Source: Azolla caroliniana (taxonomy: Eukaryota; Plantae; Polypodiophyta). From it: a stretch of 64,000 nt of DNA. The position numbers were made by a program, and so were the translations under genes. The notes under the pieces are model-generated. The model made no database searches. It was not told the DNA's origin and saw only the letters and a list, made by a program, of their open reading frames with translations. Positions 38,852 through 50,048 of this stretch are shown here, piece by piece (within the stretch, counting starts at the first letter, position 1; each line of letters starts with the position of its first letter). The stretch is taken from NCBI GenBank assembly GCA_043228905.1, contig JBHGNT010000011.1:13206001-13270000 (forward strand), read 5' to 3'.

Positions 38852-39632
38852 GCGTTAACCTTGTGAGCCACTGAGTTCGTCCCTCCTTGTGGTAGGGTAC
38901 ACATCCGCAGTAGGTCGAGAGGAGTCCGCATCGTCGTAATGTCTCGGCTCTCCACGGCTAGCTGGAACTGATCATACCCCGACTACAGATCACCGACAGA
39001 GTAAATCGACCTTCCGGCGAAGGCCTCCACGAACTCGTCTATGGTCGGTCCAATTCCTGCGTTACGGATGGTTACCTTGTTGACCGGTTGTAGATCCTGA
39101 ATGAAGCGCAGCGTGCCGTTTTTCTTCGGCACCGTGAAACACCGATTTGAATATGGGGCACTCGACGGTTCGAGGATGCCCATCTCCACCTTTTGCTTCA
39201 GGAGCTCCATCAACTTCGGGATGTGAGCTCTCGGCACCGGAATTGGCTTGAGATTCCACGGTACATGCAGTACCATGAAGATCACCATCCGCTTGACAAC
39301 TGTCGGGTCTACGAACCCGATCTCCTCCGGTGAGAATAAGAAAGCCTTCTCGTGCCTCCCGAGCATTCTCCGAAACCGGTCCTCCGTCGGCAGTAGAAAG
39401 CCGCCCCCACCGACCTTGAGCTCCCGTAGCGTTATGTCGGTGAACCGGTGTCGGGGTAGTTGTGGTTCGTGCGGCGAAGTCGCGGGGACTAAGGTCAAGG
39501 GGAGTTGAAGAAACTTAACTTTTAATAAGGCTTGTATGGTGATGATAGAATGGTTAAGGATAGTAAGACGAAGAGTTACGAGTAATGTGTGTGTGTGAGA
39601 GAGATGAGAATAGATAGAAGATAGAGACAATA

Positions 39633-39737
39633 TATGATTCAAGAAAGAAGATTGAGACAAAGTATGATTCTAGAAAGAAGATTGAGACAAAGTATGATTC
39701 TAGAAAGAAGATTGAGACAAAGTATGATTCAAAGAAC
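39633..39737. repeat. 30-bp tandem repeat (~3.5 copies) in R/U5 of all four E LTRs
   Basis: Unit TATGATTCTAGAAAGAAGATTGAGACAAAG. Confidence 0.9.
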
Positions 39738-40141
39738 AAGAGTATATGATATAAACATGATGTATATTAAAAATATAATATTTTACCAACTTTACAATCC
39801 TTGATCGCAAGATGAATCTTTTCAATACCGACCCTTGATTTGAACCCTCGACCTCAACTTCGAAACGAGAGGTTCTCCACCCAATGAGCTAGTCTTCTTC
39901 AATTGATTGTATTATTTTTTTACTCTCTCTTGATTCCTTGATTCCCTTTTGTTTTCCTTTCCTCTCCTTTTATAAGTATTTCCATGCATATGGTAATGTC
40001 ATGCATGTAATGCATGAGTTACATCTGATGCATGATCGCCATTTGGCGCACATGCATTGCATGTGATGCATGATAGCCATCATGCTCATTTGAGCTCCCA
40101 TGTATTGGGATAAGTATAATGATGGATATAACCCTAAAACA

Positions 40142-40341
40142 AATAACCTAGCTTAGTGGTGTATGGTTTGTGCTTGATATACAAGGTTGAGGGTTCAAGT
40201 CCCTCAATTTTACTTAATACAATATATAGCTTCATTCTTATATCATGAAGCACATTTATTATACACTTTTACAAATAAATAGCCTAGCCTAGTGGTATGT
40301 ACATTGTACATTGTATATAAGGATGTGGGTTCAAGTCTCTC
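40142..40341 (+). promoter_or_regulatory. Two tRNA-like Pol III A-box/B-box modules in the U3 of LTR-a (also 46698-46897; single copies at 47846-47902 and 50812-50868)
   Basis: TAGCTTAGTGG...GAGGG-TTCAAGT-CCCTC and TAGCCTAGTGG...GTGGG-TTCAAGT-CTCTC with tRNA-like spacing. Confidence 0.65.
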
Positions 40342-40395
40342 AAATATTATTAAATACAACATTTAAGCTCATTTTTATATCGTGAAGCACATTCT

Positions 40396-43300
40396 TCACG
40401 ACACCCACCCCCTCTGAACTTGCACATTGGTTGTGCAGAGTTCATCTAACACTTCTTCCGATTCTTTTAGTTCTTCTACTTCTTCATAAAATTCAGGCTC
40501 TAATGACTCCCTCCTTTTAAATATTTTAATCCTTTTTCCTGCAATTGGGATACGAATTTCTGTCCCATCTAATTCATTGAGGAAATATGTGGCTTTATCT
40601 GTTATTTTCCTAACTTCATAAGGTCCAAACCATCTTTTTGCAAACTTCCGAATAGTACTGTATTGATTATCTAGGCTATTATCATATACTAATACCCAAT
40701 CTCCCTCTTGCACCTTTCTTGGTCGTATTCTTTTCATCTTGTCAAATCTGTCCTTATTCTTGATTCTTGCCTCTTTCAATCTAGTAGCTGCTTTTTCTAT
40801 GTCTTCTATCCTTGATTGAAGTTGTCGTATTCGAACCGCAAGTAAATCTTCCCTACTCATTTCTGATTCCCAAGGCAACACAGCCCATGTAGTTATCTTT
40901 TCTTCAATTGGCATTATTGGCTTCTGTCCTGTGATTAATTCTGCAGGCATATATCCAGTAACAGTGTTGTGAGTTGTCCTATCAGCCCATAGTGCATAGG
41001 GTAAGGTTTTTGGCCAATCACTAACCCGTCCTCTACATGCCTTTGCCAAAGCTTTGACTATTGGCCCATGTCCCCTTTCTACCTTTCCATTAGCTTCTGG
41101 ATTGTACGCCGTTGTCAAAGAAAGCCGAATTCCTATTTTGTCGAAAAAATCTTGAGCTTCCGCAGAATTGAGTTCTCCCCTATCTGCCACTATCTTCCCG
41201 ATACATCCATATCTACAAACAATGTCCTCCAAGATGAATTGACATACTCCTAATGTCCCTTTTGTTCTCAATGAACGACCTTCCACTTGATTTGTTAGAT
41301 CTTCTCTAGCAAGAACCAAGTATCTCTTTTGTCCTACTCCAAGTGGCATTGTTACCAAATCTATCATCCACTTGTAATGCACCCCCGGTGAGTATGTTGG
41401 GTGTAATTCATCACAAAATTTTACATTTGAATAATATTGACAAGTGGGACAAGTTTCCACATACTTTTTTATTTGCTCATAGTATCGAGGCCACCAAAAT
41501 CGTTCTTTAATCTTACTGAAAGTGGCCCACACTCCTCGATGACCAGCCCATTCTTTGTCATGCAGCTCTTTGATTATCTCCTTTCTTTGCCCTTCAGAAC
41601 CTATTACTCTTTGCGGGTTTCCAGTCTTGGTTTTCGGATGTCGCCATAGATATCCTTCATACAAGAAGAACTTATGGGCTTTCTTGCGAAACTGTGCGAA
41701 CTCTTTTCCAGATCGACCTTTGTACTTGTTAGGGGTTTGTAGGTATTTCCCTATTTCCTTGAATTCATCTTCATACTCCTCTTCTAGAAACTGCATTCCT
41801 CCTTCCCGAGTAATGCTTGTGGTAAGGACTGTTTGTTCTTTGTCCTCATCGTCCGAGTCTGGAATCTCCTCTTCCTCATACCTTGCTCTTGATAACATAT
41901 CTGCTACTGCATTTCTATTCCCAGAGATATGTCGAACTTCAGGGTTGATTGATCTAATATAGATACACCATCTTAACATGGCTTGATCTGGAATATCACA
42001 ATTAGCTATGATACCCAGAATAGGCAAACAATCAGTTTCTATTATTACTTCAGCACCAATTAAGTAATCTCTGTCTGTCTTTACAGCTGTTACTATCCCC
42101 CATAGCTCTCTTTTCACCTGTGCATATTTTCTTTGTCGACCACTAAGAACCTTTGCCCCGAATCGGACTGGATACCTTTCTTCCCTATCTTGTTGGCTTA
42201 TCACCCATCCAATTCCAATGGGACTAGAGTCTACTGTGAGATATATGGGCCGGGTGTAGTCTGGTTGCTTTAATGGTGGAGCTTGTGCCAAGTAGTACTT
42301 CAATTTCTTCATTGCCTCTGAATGCTCTTCACTCCATTCAAATGTCTCTCCTTTTCTTAGGAGTCTATATAAAGGTTCAGATAAATGGGCATAATGCGGA
42401 ATCCATTTACAGTAAAAAACACATACCCCTAGAAACCTTCGTACTTCTGAGATGGATGTACATTCCTCTTGCATATTTTGAATTGCATTGACCTTGGTTG
42501 GGGATGGCTTTCTCCCATACGGGCCACACATATGACCAACTATTAATATCTCTTTTGCCCCAAATATTGACTTCGCCCCTGATAAGGTCAAATGCACTTC
42601 TTCCATCCTTGATAGCACCTTCTCACAATCCTTGATATGATCAGCAACGAATTGACGGCAACCACTTTCGTCCAATTCCTCGTTCTTCTCTTCCTCCTTG
42701 CATCCCTTAATTGGAACATCATCTAGAAAAGGCATTGTAATATGAGGAATAAAATCACGAAGTACCTTGTTCATTCCATTCATCATATGCGCCACTGAGT
42801 TGGTCGCTCCTTGCGGCAAGGTGCACATCCGTACTAACCCTATAGGTGTCTTGATAGAAGTTATATCTCGACTTTTGATAGCAAGTTGAAATTGATCATA
42901 TCCGGAATAAAGGTCTCCCATTGAATATATAGCTCTTCCTGCAAACATCTCAGCAAACTCATCCACAATTGGCCCTACTCCCGAGTTTCGGATTGTTACC
43001 TTATTCACGGGTTGCATATCTTGGATAAATCGGAGTCGCCCATCTTTCTTTAACACAGTGAACCATCGACTCGAGTAAGGAGCGTTCGATGGTTCCAAGA
43101 TACCCATCCTTATCTTTTCTTTCAAAAGTTCTAATAGTTGAGGGATTCTAGCCCTAGGCATGGGTATTGGCTTAAAGTTCCATGGAATATGAGGGATAGT
43201 GAATATAACCATGGGCTCCACAATTTCTGGATCCACACACCCTATTTCCTCCGGTTGGAATGCAAACGCCTTTCCATGCTTTTTTAACATCTCCCTGAAC

Positions 43301-43854
43301 TGCTTTTCTTCAGCGGGTAATAGGAAGTCACCCCCTCCTATTTTCATCCCTTGTATTGTTTCCGGAGTAAACACATGTCCTACCTTTCGTGGGTCTCTGA
43401 TCATTGGCTCTGTGGCTGCTTCTTTGATTGCCTTTTCACTATCCCCTGGAAGTGGAGCAGCAATAGGACGAACCTTCTTCTCCACTGTCTTGTATTTTGT
43501 TAGTACATGTGCTTCATGATCCTTTCGAGCAACTTCTTCAATGACCTCATACATCTTGATTGAATGGACAGGAACTTGGATTTCGTTGTCTTCTTCCATT
43601 GCTTCCAAATGAGTTATTGTATCTTCAAAACTTAATTCTTCAAACATATCCTGAATTTCTTCATCATCATCTATTAATCCAGAACACTTAAAGTACTCGA
43701 AAGCATTTTGTATTTTATTATTATTTACTTTTAGTATAAAAGTAGCACCATTAGATGAGATTGTACAAGGAATATCTTTATTTACATTATTATTTATGGG
43801 GTTTTCTTTTATGCTCGGGCTATCACAGCCCCTACCTGTAAAAGCCCTATCTAA
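40396..43854 (-). CDS. pol: E1 pol (RT-RNase H-integrase), open from the -1 frameshift site
   Basis: Open frame from 43854; LPQGATNS, FLDD, VDSS/RELWG/ETDC RNase H, H-H-C-C, DRGE, FGPY; stop lies inside the 3' LTR. Confidence 0.93.
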   Translation of the reverse strand, partial: LDRAFTGRGCDSPSIKENPINNNVNKDIPCTISSNGATFILKVNNNKIQNAFEYFKCSGLIDDDEEIQDMFEELSFEDTITHLEAMEEDNEIQVPVHSIKMYEVIEEVARKDHEAHVLTKYKTVEKKVRPIAAPLPGDSEKAIKEAATEPMIRDPRKVGHVFTPETIQGMKIGGGDFLLPAEEKQFREMLKKHGKAFAFQPEEIGCVDPEIVEPMVIFTIPHIPWNFKPIPMPRARIPQLLELLKEKIRMGILEPSNAPYSSRWFTVLKKDGRLRFIQDMQPVNKVTIRNSGVGPIVDEFAEMFAGRAIYSMGDLYSGYDQFQLAIKSRDITSIKTPIGLVRMCTLPQGATNSVAHMMNGMNKVLRDFIPHITMPFLDDVPIKGCKEEEKNEELDESGCRQFVADHIKDCEKVLSRMEEVHLTLSGAKSIFGAKEILIVGHMCGPYGRKPSPTKVNAIQNMQEECTSISEVRRFLGVCVFYCKWIPHYAHLSEPLYRLLRKGETFEWSEEHSEAMKKLKYYLAQAPPLKQPDYTRPIYLTVDSSPIGIGWVISQQDREERYPVRFGAKVLSGRQRKYAQVKRELWGIVTAVKTDRDYLIGAEVIIETDCLPILGIIANCDIPDQAMLRWCIYIRSINPEVRHISGNRNAVADMLSRARYEEEEIPDSDDEDKEQTVLTTSITREGGMQFLEEEYEDEFKEIGKYLQTPNKYKGRSGKEFAQFRKKAHKFFLYEGYLWRHPKTKTGNPQRVIGSEGQRKEIIKELHDKEWAGHRGVWATFSKIKERFWWPRYYEQIKKYVETCPTCQYYSNVKFCDELHPTYSPGVHYKWMIDLVTMPLGVGQKRYLVLAREDLTNQVEGRSLRTKGTLGVCQFILEDIVCRYGCIGKIVADRGELNSAEAQDFFDKIGIRLSLTTAYNPEANGKVERGHGPIVKALAKACRGRVSDWPKTLPYALWADRTTHNTVTGYMPAELITGQKPIMPIEEKITTWAVLPWESEMSREDLLAVRIRQLQSRIEDIEKAATRLKEARIKNKDRFDKMKRIRPRKVQEGDWVLVYDNSLDNQYSTIRKFAKRWFGPYEVRKITDKATYFLNELDGTEIRIPIAGKRIKIFKRRESLEPEFYEEVEELKESEEVLDELCTTNVQVQRGWVS

Positions 43855-45965
43855 AAATCCTGGAAAAACTCTTCATCCATCTCTTGAATTGGATGTTCCC
43901 TCAAGCATTCTTTGTTTCTTTCATGGTTGGGCCTCACGGTTAAGAATTGGACAGTCTTTCTTCCATCTTGACTCTTGATTCTCGCGAAAGCCGAACCATC
44001 ATCAATAACCTTTGTTTCCATCCTCACTGCGGTGATGTAGGGCTGGCCAAGGATGACGGGGTAGGTTGATCGATCCTGCACAAAGAAATTTTGATTCACC
44101 GAGACATCACCAATTGTTACCTTCACACTAGGACATGCTCCGAATAGATCCTCCGTAGTTTCTGTGGCAGCTCTTATTTTCCACCCATGATTCTTGTCGA
44201 TCGGCCATCGTCCTCGAGCGTAAAATTCCGATGACATCATGTTAATCTCTGATCCATGATCAATCAAAGCAATACATGGAATTTGCTGCTCCCCAATTTT
44301 TGCAGGTGCCTCCGTTGTTGCTCGAGCCCAATGGTCCCTTGTATAGTGACTCCTATCCCCTTCATGGACGCCAACATCATTCTGGTTTTTTACACTTGCA
44401 GCATTGATGGTGCCACCATACAAATCTTGGAGTGTTGCTGCACACCCTCCCGTAATTTCCTCTGTCACTTGTCTCTTCCTTCTAATAATATCTATGATAA
44501 CTTCATGAAATTCTTTCTTTGCTATACCCAACACTTCTCTTAAAGTAAATTCTACCTTACTATTTAATATTCTTGTTTCTAGTACCTTTTTTATATCCGT
44601 CGTTGTTTCTATGTCTGAGGCAAGCTTGAAAGATGGGCCTGTCTTTCCTTTTACTTTATCAGCTTCCTTCGGCTCAATAGCACCCTTTTCCATCTCCCTT
44701 CTCTTTTGTTCTCGTGTCTCATGTCTCTTTGTCGGATCAGCTTCCTCAGCTCTCTTCCGCTTCTCTTCCACTAGCACATCTTGTGCATTCACTTGGGCGA
44801 ATGCTGATAGCGCGTCTACTGGATCATTCCATCCAGTGAAGTTTCGTATTTCATCTCCCGCTCTTTTTAATTCATCCACTCGAACCTTCCCTTTTCTTGC
44901 ATAATCCATCACATCTTGCCAAAAGCCAAATCCACCATATGAGTCTTCTACGCGCAATCCTAAGGTTGCCACGGATTGTATCGCTTGAGTCGTTTCTCTC
45001 TCGGCATCTTCCATTAACCTTTTCATTCCTCCTCGCCCGAAGTTGAGTTGAAGTGGTTGTCGAGTCTCAGTTGAGTGAATCTTGCCATCTTGATAGTAGA
45101 TTTTATTATGATTAAGAGCATCCCTATGCTCTTGACAATCTTTCTTCTGGTGGTCGATACTATCACACCACATACACCTTCGGACCATTCCACCTCCCTG
45201 CCTTGATGAAGTCGAGCTTTGTCCCGATTCTAGCTTCGTCACTTTGATCGACAAGTCTTTCATGCCTTTCACTAATTCGTGTAAGAGTGATTCTTCTACT
45301 TTCTTTTCTCCCGACTCGTTCCCCGTTTCTTCATCATTTCTGTCGGGCAACTCCATAAACCATAACTTTCTTTTGCAGAAATGGGCGCACGCCCTTTTCA
45401 CCTCCTCCCAATCTTCGGTAAGTCCACTTGGACTATTCTGATCTTCTAAAAGCATTCCCAAGTCCTTCCTGTCTTTAATATTAGTAGCTTGTAGAAACAA
45501 TATTACTTTATCTGGCACTATTATATTTCTATCTCTAACATTTAGTTGCTCAAATCTTTCAGAAAACTCTTTTAATACTTCCAAAACACTTAAATGTTTA
45601 TTAGACTCTACCCAATCCATGAAAGCTCGCCTTGTCATCCTTGACATATCGTTGAGGTTGTATTCATTGAGTAATGCCCTTTCGAATGTTGTCCATGTTT
45701 GATTCTCCCTTTGGAGCTCTTGGATCTTCTCTTGTAGCCCAATCGCAGCGACTCGACTAAAGCTATTAATTTTTGTAGCTTCGTCGACACCGCGTTTAAG
45801 CATTTCTTCATTATAAATCTTCAGAAATCTTGTTAAATTTATACCTTCGAAGATTCCTACTCGTGCGAGAATATTGTCGACGGCTTTGTCGATGCTTGCC
45901 ATCATCCCTTGTTCCCGCATCATTCGTTCCACCATCGTACACATAAGCCTCATTTGCTCCTCCAT
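43851..45965 (-). CDS. gag: E1 Gag-protease (704 aa)
   Basis: Intact ORF after the PBS; CMWCDSIDHQKKDC knuckle; ALIDHGSEIN aspartic protease; VILGQPY. Confidence 0.93.
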   Translation of the reverse strand: MEEQMRLMCTMVERMMREQGMMASIDKAVDNILARVGIFEGINLTRFLKIYNEEMLKRGVDEATKINSFSRVAAIGLQEKIQELQRENQTWTTFERALLNEYNLNDMSRMTRRAFMDWVESNKHLSVLEVLKEFSERFEQLNVRDRNIIVPDKVILFLQATNIKDRKDLGMLLEDQNSPSGLTEDWEEVKRACAHFCKRKLWFMELPDRNDEETGNESGEKKVEESLLHELVKGMKDLSIKVTKLESGQSSTSSRQGGGMVRRCMWCDSIDHQKKDCQEHRDALNHNKIYYQDGKIHSTETRQPLQLNFGRGGMKRLMEDAERETTQAIQSVATLGLRVEDSYGGFGFWQDVMDYARKGKVRVDELKRAGDEIRNFTGWNDPVDALSAFAQVNAQDVLVEEKRKRAEEADPTKRHETREQKRREMEKGAIEPKEADKVKGKTGPSFKLASDIETTTDIKKVLETRILNSKVEFTLREVLGIAKKEFHEVIIDIIRRKRQVTEEITGGCAATLQDLYGGTINAASVKNQNDVGVHEGDRSHYTRDHWARATTEAPAKIGEQQIPCIALIDHGSEINMMSSEFYARGRWPIDKNHGWKIRAATETTEDLFGACPSVKVTIGDVSVNQNFFVQDRSTYPVILGQPYITAVRMETKVIDDGSAFARIKSQDGRKTVQFLTVRPNHERNKECLREHPIQEMDEEFFQDF

Positions 45966-48002
45966 TTCTCCTCGTCGCCGCCTTCACGTCGGGTTCACCA
46001 AATGTGTCGGGGTAGTTGTGGTTCGTGCGGCGAAGTCGCGGGGACTAAGGTCAAGGGGAGTTGAAGAAACTTAACTTTTAATAAGGCTTGTATGGTGATG
46101 ATAGAATGGTTAAGGATAGTAAGACGAAGAGTTACGAGTAATGTGTGTGTGTGAGAGAGATGAGAATAGATAGAAGATAGAGACAATATATGATTCAAGA
46201 AAGAAGATTGAGACAAAGTATGATTCTAGAAAGAAGATTGAGACAAAGTATGATTCTAGAAAGAAGATTGAGACAAAGTATGATTCAAAGAACAAGAGTA
46301 TATGATATAAACATGATGTATATTAAAAATATAATATTTTACCAACTTTACAATCCTTGATCGCAAGATGAATCTTTTCAATACCGACCCTTGATTTGAA
46401 CCCTCGACCTCAACTTCGAAACGAGAGGTTCTCCACCCAATGAGCTAGTCTTCTTCAATTGATTGTATTATTTTTTTACTCTCTCTTGATTCCTTGATTC
46501 CCTTTTGTTTTCCTTTCCTCTCCTTTTATAAGTATTTCCATGCATATGGTAATGTCATGCATGTAATGCATGAGTTACATCTGATGCATGATCGCCATTT
46601 GGCGCACATGCATTGCATGTGATGCATGATAGCCATCATGCTCATTTGAGCTCCCATGTATTGGGATAAGTATAATGATGGATATAACCCTAAAACAAAT
46701 AACCTAGCTTAGTGGTGTATGGTTTGTGCTTGATATACAAGGTTGAGGGTTCAAGTCCCTCAATTTTACTTAATACAATATATAGCTTCATTCTTATATC
46801 ATGAAGCACATTTATTATACACTTTTACAAATAAATAGCCTAGCCTAGTGGTATGTACATTGTACATTGTATATAAGGATGTGGGTTCAAGTCTCTCAAA
46901 TATTATTAAATACAACATTTAAGCTCATTTTTATATCGTGAAGCACATTCTTCACGACACCCTTCGAAGATTCCTACTCGTGCGAGAATATTGTCGACCG
47001 CTTTGTCGATGCTTGCCATCATCCCTTGTTCCCGTATCACTCGTTCCATCATCGTACACATAAGCCTCACTTGCTCCTCCATTTCTCCTCGTCGCCGCCT
47101 TCACGTCGGGTTCACCAAATGTGTCGGGGTAGTTGTGGTTCGTGCGGCGAAGTCGCGGGGACTAAGGTCAAGGGGAGTTGAAGAAACTTAACTTTTAATA
47201 AGGCTTGTATGGTGATGATAGAATGGTTAAGGATAGTAAGACGAAGAGTTACGAGTAATGTGTGTGTGTGAGAGAGATGAGAATAGATAGAAGATAGAGA
47301 CAATATATGATTCAAGAAAGAAGATTGAGACAAAGTATGATTCTAGAAAGAAGATTGAGACAAAGTATGATTCTAGAAAGAAGATTGAGACAAAGTATGA
47401 TTCAAAGAACAAGAGTATATGATATAAACATGATGTATATTAACAATATAATATTTTACCAACTTTACAATCCTCGATCGCAAACTGAACACATTCTCTA
47501 TCGACCCTTGATTTGAACCCTCGACCTCAACTTCGAAACGAGAGGTTCTCCACCCACCCAATGAGCTAGTCTTCTTCAATTGATTGTATTATTTTCTCAC
47601 TCTCTCTTGATTCCTTTCCCTATTTTCCCCCTTGATCCATCCCTTAATTCCTTGCCTCTCTTTATAGGTTCTCTCATGCATATGATGATATGGGGGTGCA
47701 TGGCATGCATGTGATGCATGATTGCCATTTGGCGCACATGCTTTACATGTGATGCATGATAGCCATCATGCTCATCTAAGCTCTAATGTATGAAGATACA
47801 CATGTCATAAGTATTGTGATAAAAATATAACTATAGAAAATAACTTATCCTAATGGTATATGCTTCATCCTTGGTGTGTGAGGTTACGGGTTCAAGTCTC
47901 TCAAATGTTACTTAATACAATATTCAAGTTTATTTTTATATCGTGAAGCAAATCCTTCACGACACCCACCCCCTCTGAACTTGCACACTAGTTGTGCAAA
48001 GT

Positions 48003-50048
48003 TCATCCAAAGTCTTGGAAAGACTCTTCATTCCGTTTCTGAACTGGATATCCCCTCAAGCATTCTTTGTTTCTTTCATGGTTAGGCGTCATGGTTAAGA
48101 TATGGCCCCTCTTCCTTCCATCCTGACTCTTGATCCTCGCGAAAGTTGAATCATCATTAATCACAGTTGTTTCCATCCTTACTACGTTGATGTATGGTTC
48201 ACCATCCTTTGTTTCCATACTCACTACGCTGATGTATGGTTGACCAAGGATGACAGGGTAGGTTGATCCATCTTGCACATAGTAATTTTCATCCACCGAC
48301 ACATCTCCCATTGTTGCTTTCACACTGGGACATGCTCCGAATTGATCCTCCGTCATCTCTGTTGTAACTCTTTTCTTCGACCCATGATTCTTATCGATTG
48401 GCCACCTTCCTTGAGCACAACATTCCGACGACATCATGTTAATTTCTGATCCATGATCTATCAAAGCAATACAAGGAATCTGTTGCTCCGTAATTTTTGT
48501 AGGCGCCTCCATTGTTGGTTGAGCCCAATGGTTCTTTGTATAATGACTCCTATCCCCTTCATGAATCCCAACATCATTTATCTTCTTTACACCTGCAATA
48601 TTGATGGATTCATGATCCAAATCTTGGAGACTTGTTGCTGCACATTCTCTCGTAACTTCTTCCATGACATGTTTTATATCCATCGTGGCTTCTGTGTCCG
48701 AAGCAAGCTTAAAAGTTGAGTCTGTCTTCCGTTTGACTTTATTAGCTTCTTTCGACTCATGAGCATCCTTTTCCATCTCCCTTCTCTCTTGTTCTTGTGT
48801 CTCATGTTTCATTGCCGGATCAATCTCCTCAGCTCTCTTTCGCTTCTTTTCCACTAGTACATCTTGTGCATTCACTTGGGCGAATGCTGATAGTGCGTCT
48901 ACTGGATCATTCCATCCAGTGAAGTGTCGTATTTCATCTCCCGCTCTTTTTAATTCATCCACTCGAACCTTCCCTTTTCTTGCATACTCCATCACACCCT
49001 GCCAAAAGTCAGATCCACCATATGAGTCTTCTACGCGCAACCCTAAGGTTGCCACGGATTGTATCGCTTGAGTCGTTTCTCTCTCGGCATCTTCCATTAA
49101 CCTTTTCATTCCTCCTCGCCCGAAGTTGAGTTGAAGTGGTTGTCGAGTCTCAGTTGAGTGAATCTTGCCATCTTGATAGTAGATTTTATTATGATTAAGA
49201 GCATCCCTATGCTCTTGACAATCTTTTTTCTGGTGGTCGATACTATCACACCACATACACCTTCGGACCATTCCACCTCCTTGCCTTGATGAAGTCGAGC
49301 TTTGTCCCGATTCTAGCTTCGTCACTTTGATCGACAAGTCTTTCATGCCTTTCACTAATTCGTGTAAGAGTGATTCTTCTACTTTCTTTTCTCCCGACTC
49401 GTTTCCCGTTTCTTCATCATTTCTGTCGGGCAACTCCATAAACCATAACTTTCTTTTGCAGAAATGGGCGCACGCCCTTTTCACCTCCTCCCAATCTTCG
49501 GTAAGTCCACTTGGACTATTCTGATCTTCTAAAAGCATTCCCAAGTCCTTCCTGTCTTTAATATTAGTAGCTTGTAGAAACAATATTACTTTATCTGGCA
49601 CTATTATATTTCTATCTCTAACATTTAGTTGCTCAAATCTTTCAGAAAACTCTTTTAATACTTCCAAAACACTTAAATGTTTATTAGACTCTACCCAATC
49701 CATGAAAGCTCGCCTTGTCATCCTTGACATATCGTTGAGGTTGTATTCATTGAGTAATGCCCTTTCGAATGTTGTCCATGTCTGATTCTCCCTTTGGAGC
49801 TCTTGGATCTTCTCTTGTAGCCCAATTGCAGCGACTCGACTAAAGCTATTAATTTTTGTAGCTTCGTCGACACCGCGTTTAAGCATTTCTTCATTATAAA
49901 TCTTCAGAAATCTTGTTAAATTTATACCTTCGAAGATTCCTACTCGTGCGAGAATATTGTCGACCGCTTTGTCGATGCTTGCCATCATCCCTTGTTCCCG
50001 CATCACTCGTTCCATCATCGTACACATAAGCCTCACTTGCTCCTCCAT
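48003..50048 (-). CDS. gag: E2 Gag-protease-like protein (681 aa) of a pol-less element
   Basis: Intact ORF; N-terminal ~345 aa nearly identical to E1, C-terminal half diverged; followed directly by PPT and LTR. Confidence 0.92.
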   Translation of the reverse strand: MEEQVRLMCTMMERVMREQGMMASIDKAVDNILARVGIFEGINLTRFLKIYNEEMLKRGVDEATKINSFSRVAAIGLQEKIQELQRENQTWTTFERALLNEYNLNDMSRMTRRAFMDWVESNKHLSVLEVLKEFSERFEQLNVRDRNIIVPDKVILFLQATNIKDRKDLGMLLEDQNSPSGLTEDWEEVKRACAHFCKRKLWFMELPDRNDEETGNESGEKKVEESLLHELVKGMKDLSIKVTKLESGQSSTSSRQGGGMVRRCMWCDSIDHQKKDCQEHRDALNHNKIYYQDGKIHSTETRQPLQLNFGRGGMKRLMEDAERETTQAIQSVATLGLRVEDSYGGSDFWQGVMEYARKGKVRVDELKRAGDEIRHFTGWNDPVDALSAFAQVNAQDVLVEKKRKRAEEIDPAMKHETQEQERREMEKDAHESKEANKVKRKTDSTFKLASDTEATMDIKHVMEEVTRECAATSLQDLDHESINIAGVKKINDVGIHEGDRSHYTKNHWAQPTMEAPTKITEQQIPCIALIDHGSEINMMSSECCAQGRWPIDKNHGSKKRVTTEMTEDQFGACPSVKATMGDVSVDENYYVQDGSTYPVILGQPYISVVSMETKDGEPYINVVRMETTVINDDSTFARIKSQDGRKRGHILTMTPNHERNKECLRGYPVQKRNEESFQDFG

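Noticed and set aside
39633-39737. 30-bp repeats as a CRISPR array
   Set aside because: Head-to-tail repeats with no spacers, inside a eukaryotic LTR, and no cas genes
40142-40215. Functional tRNA gene
   Set aside because: No acceptor stem pairing and the anticodon differs between copies; reported as a tRNA-like module instead
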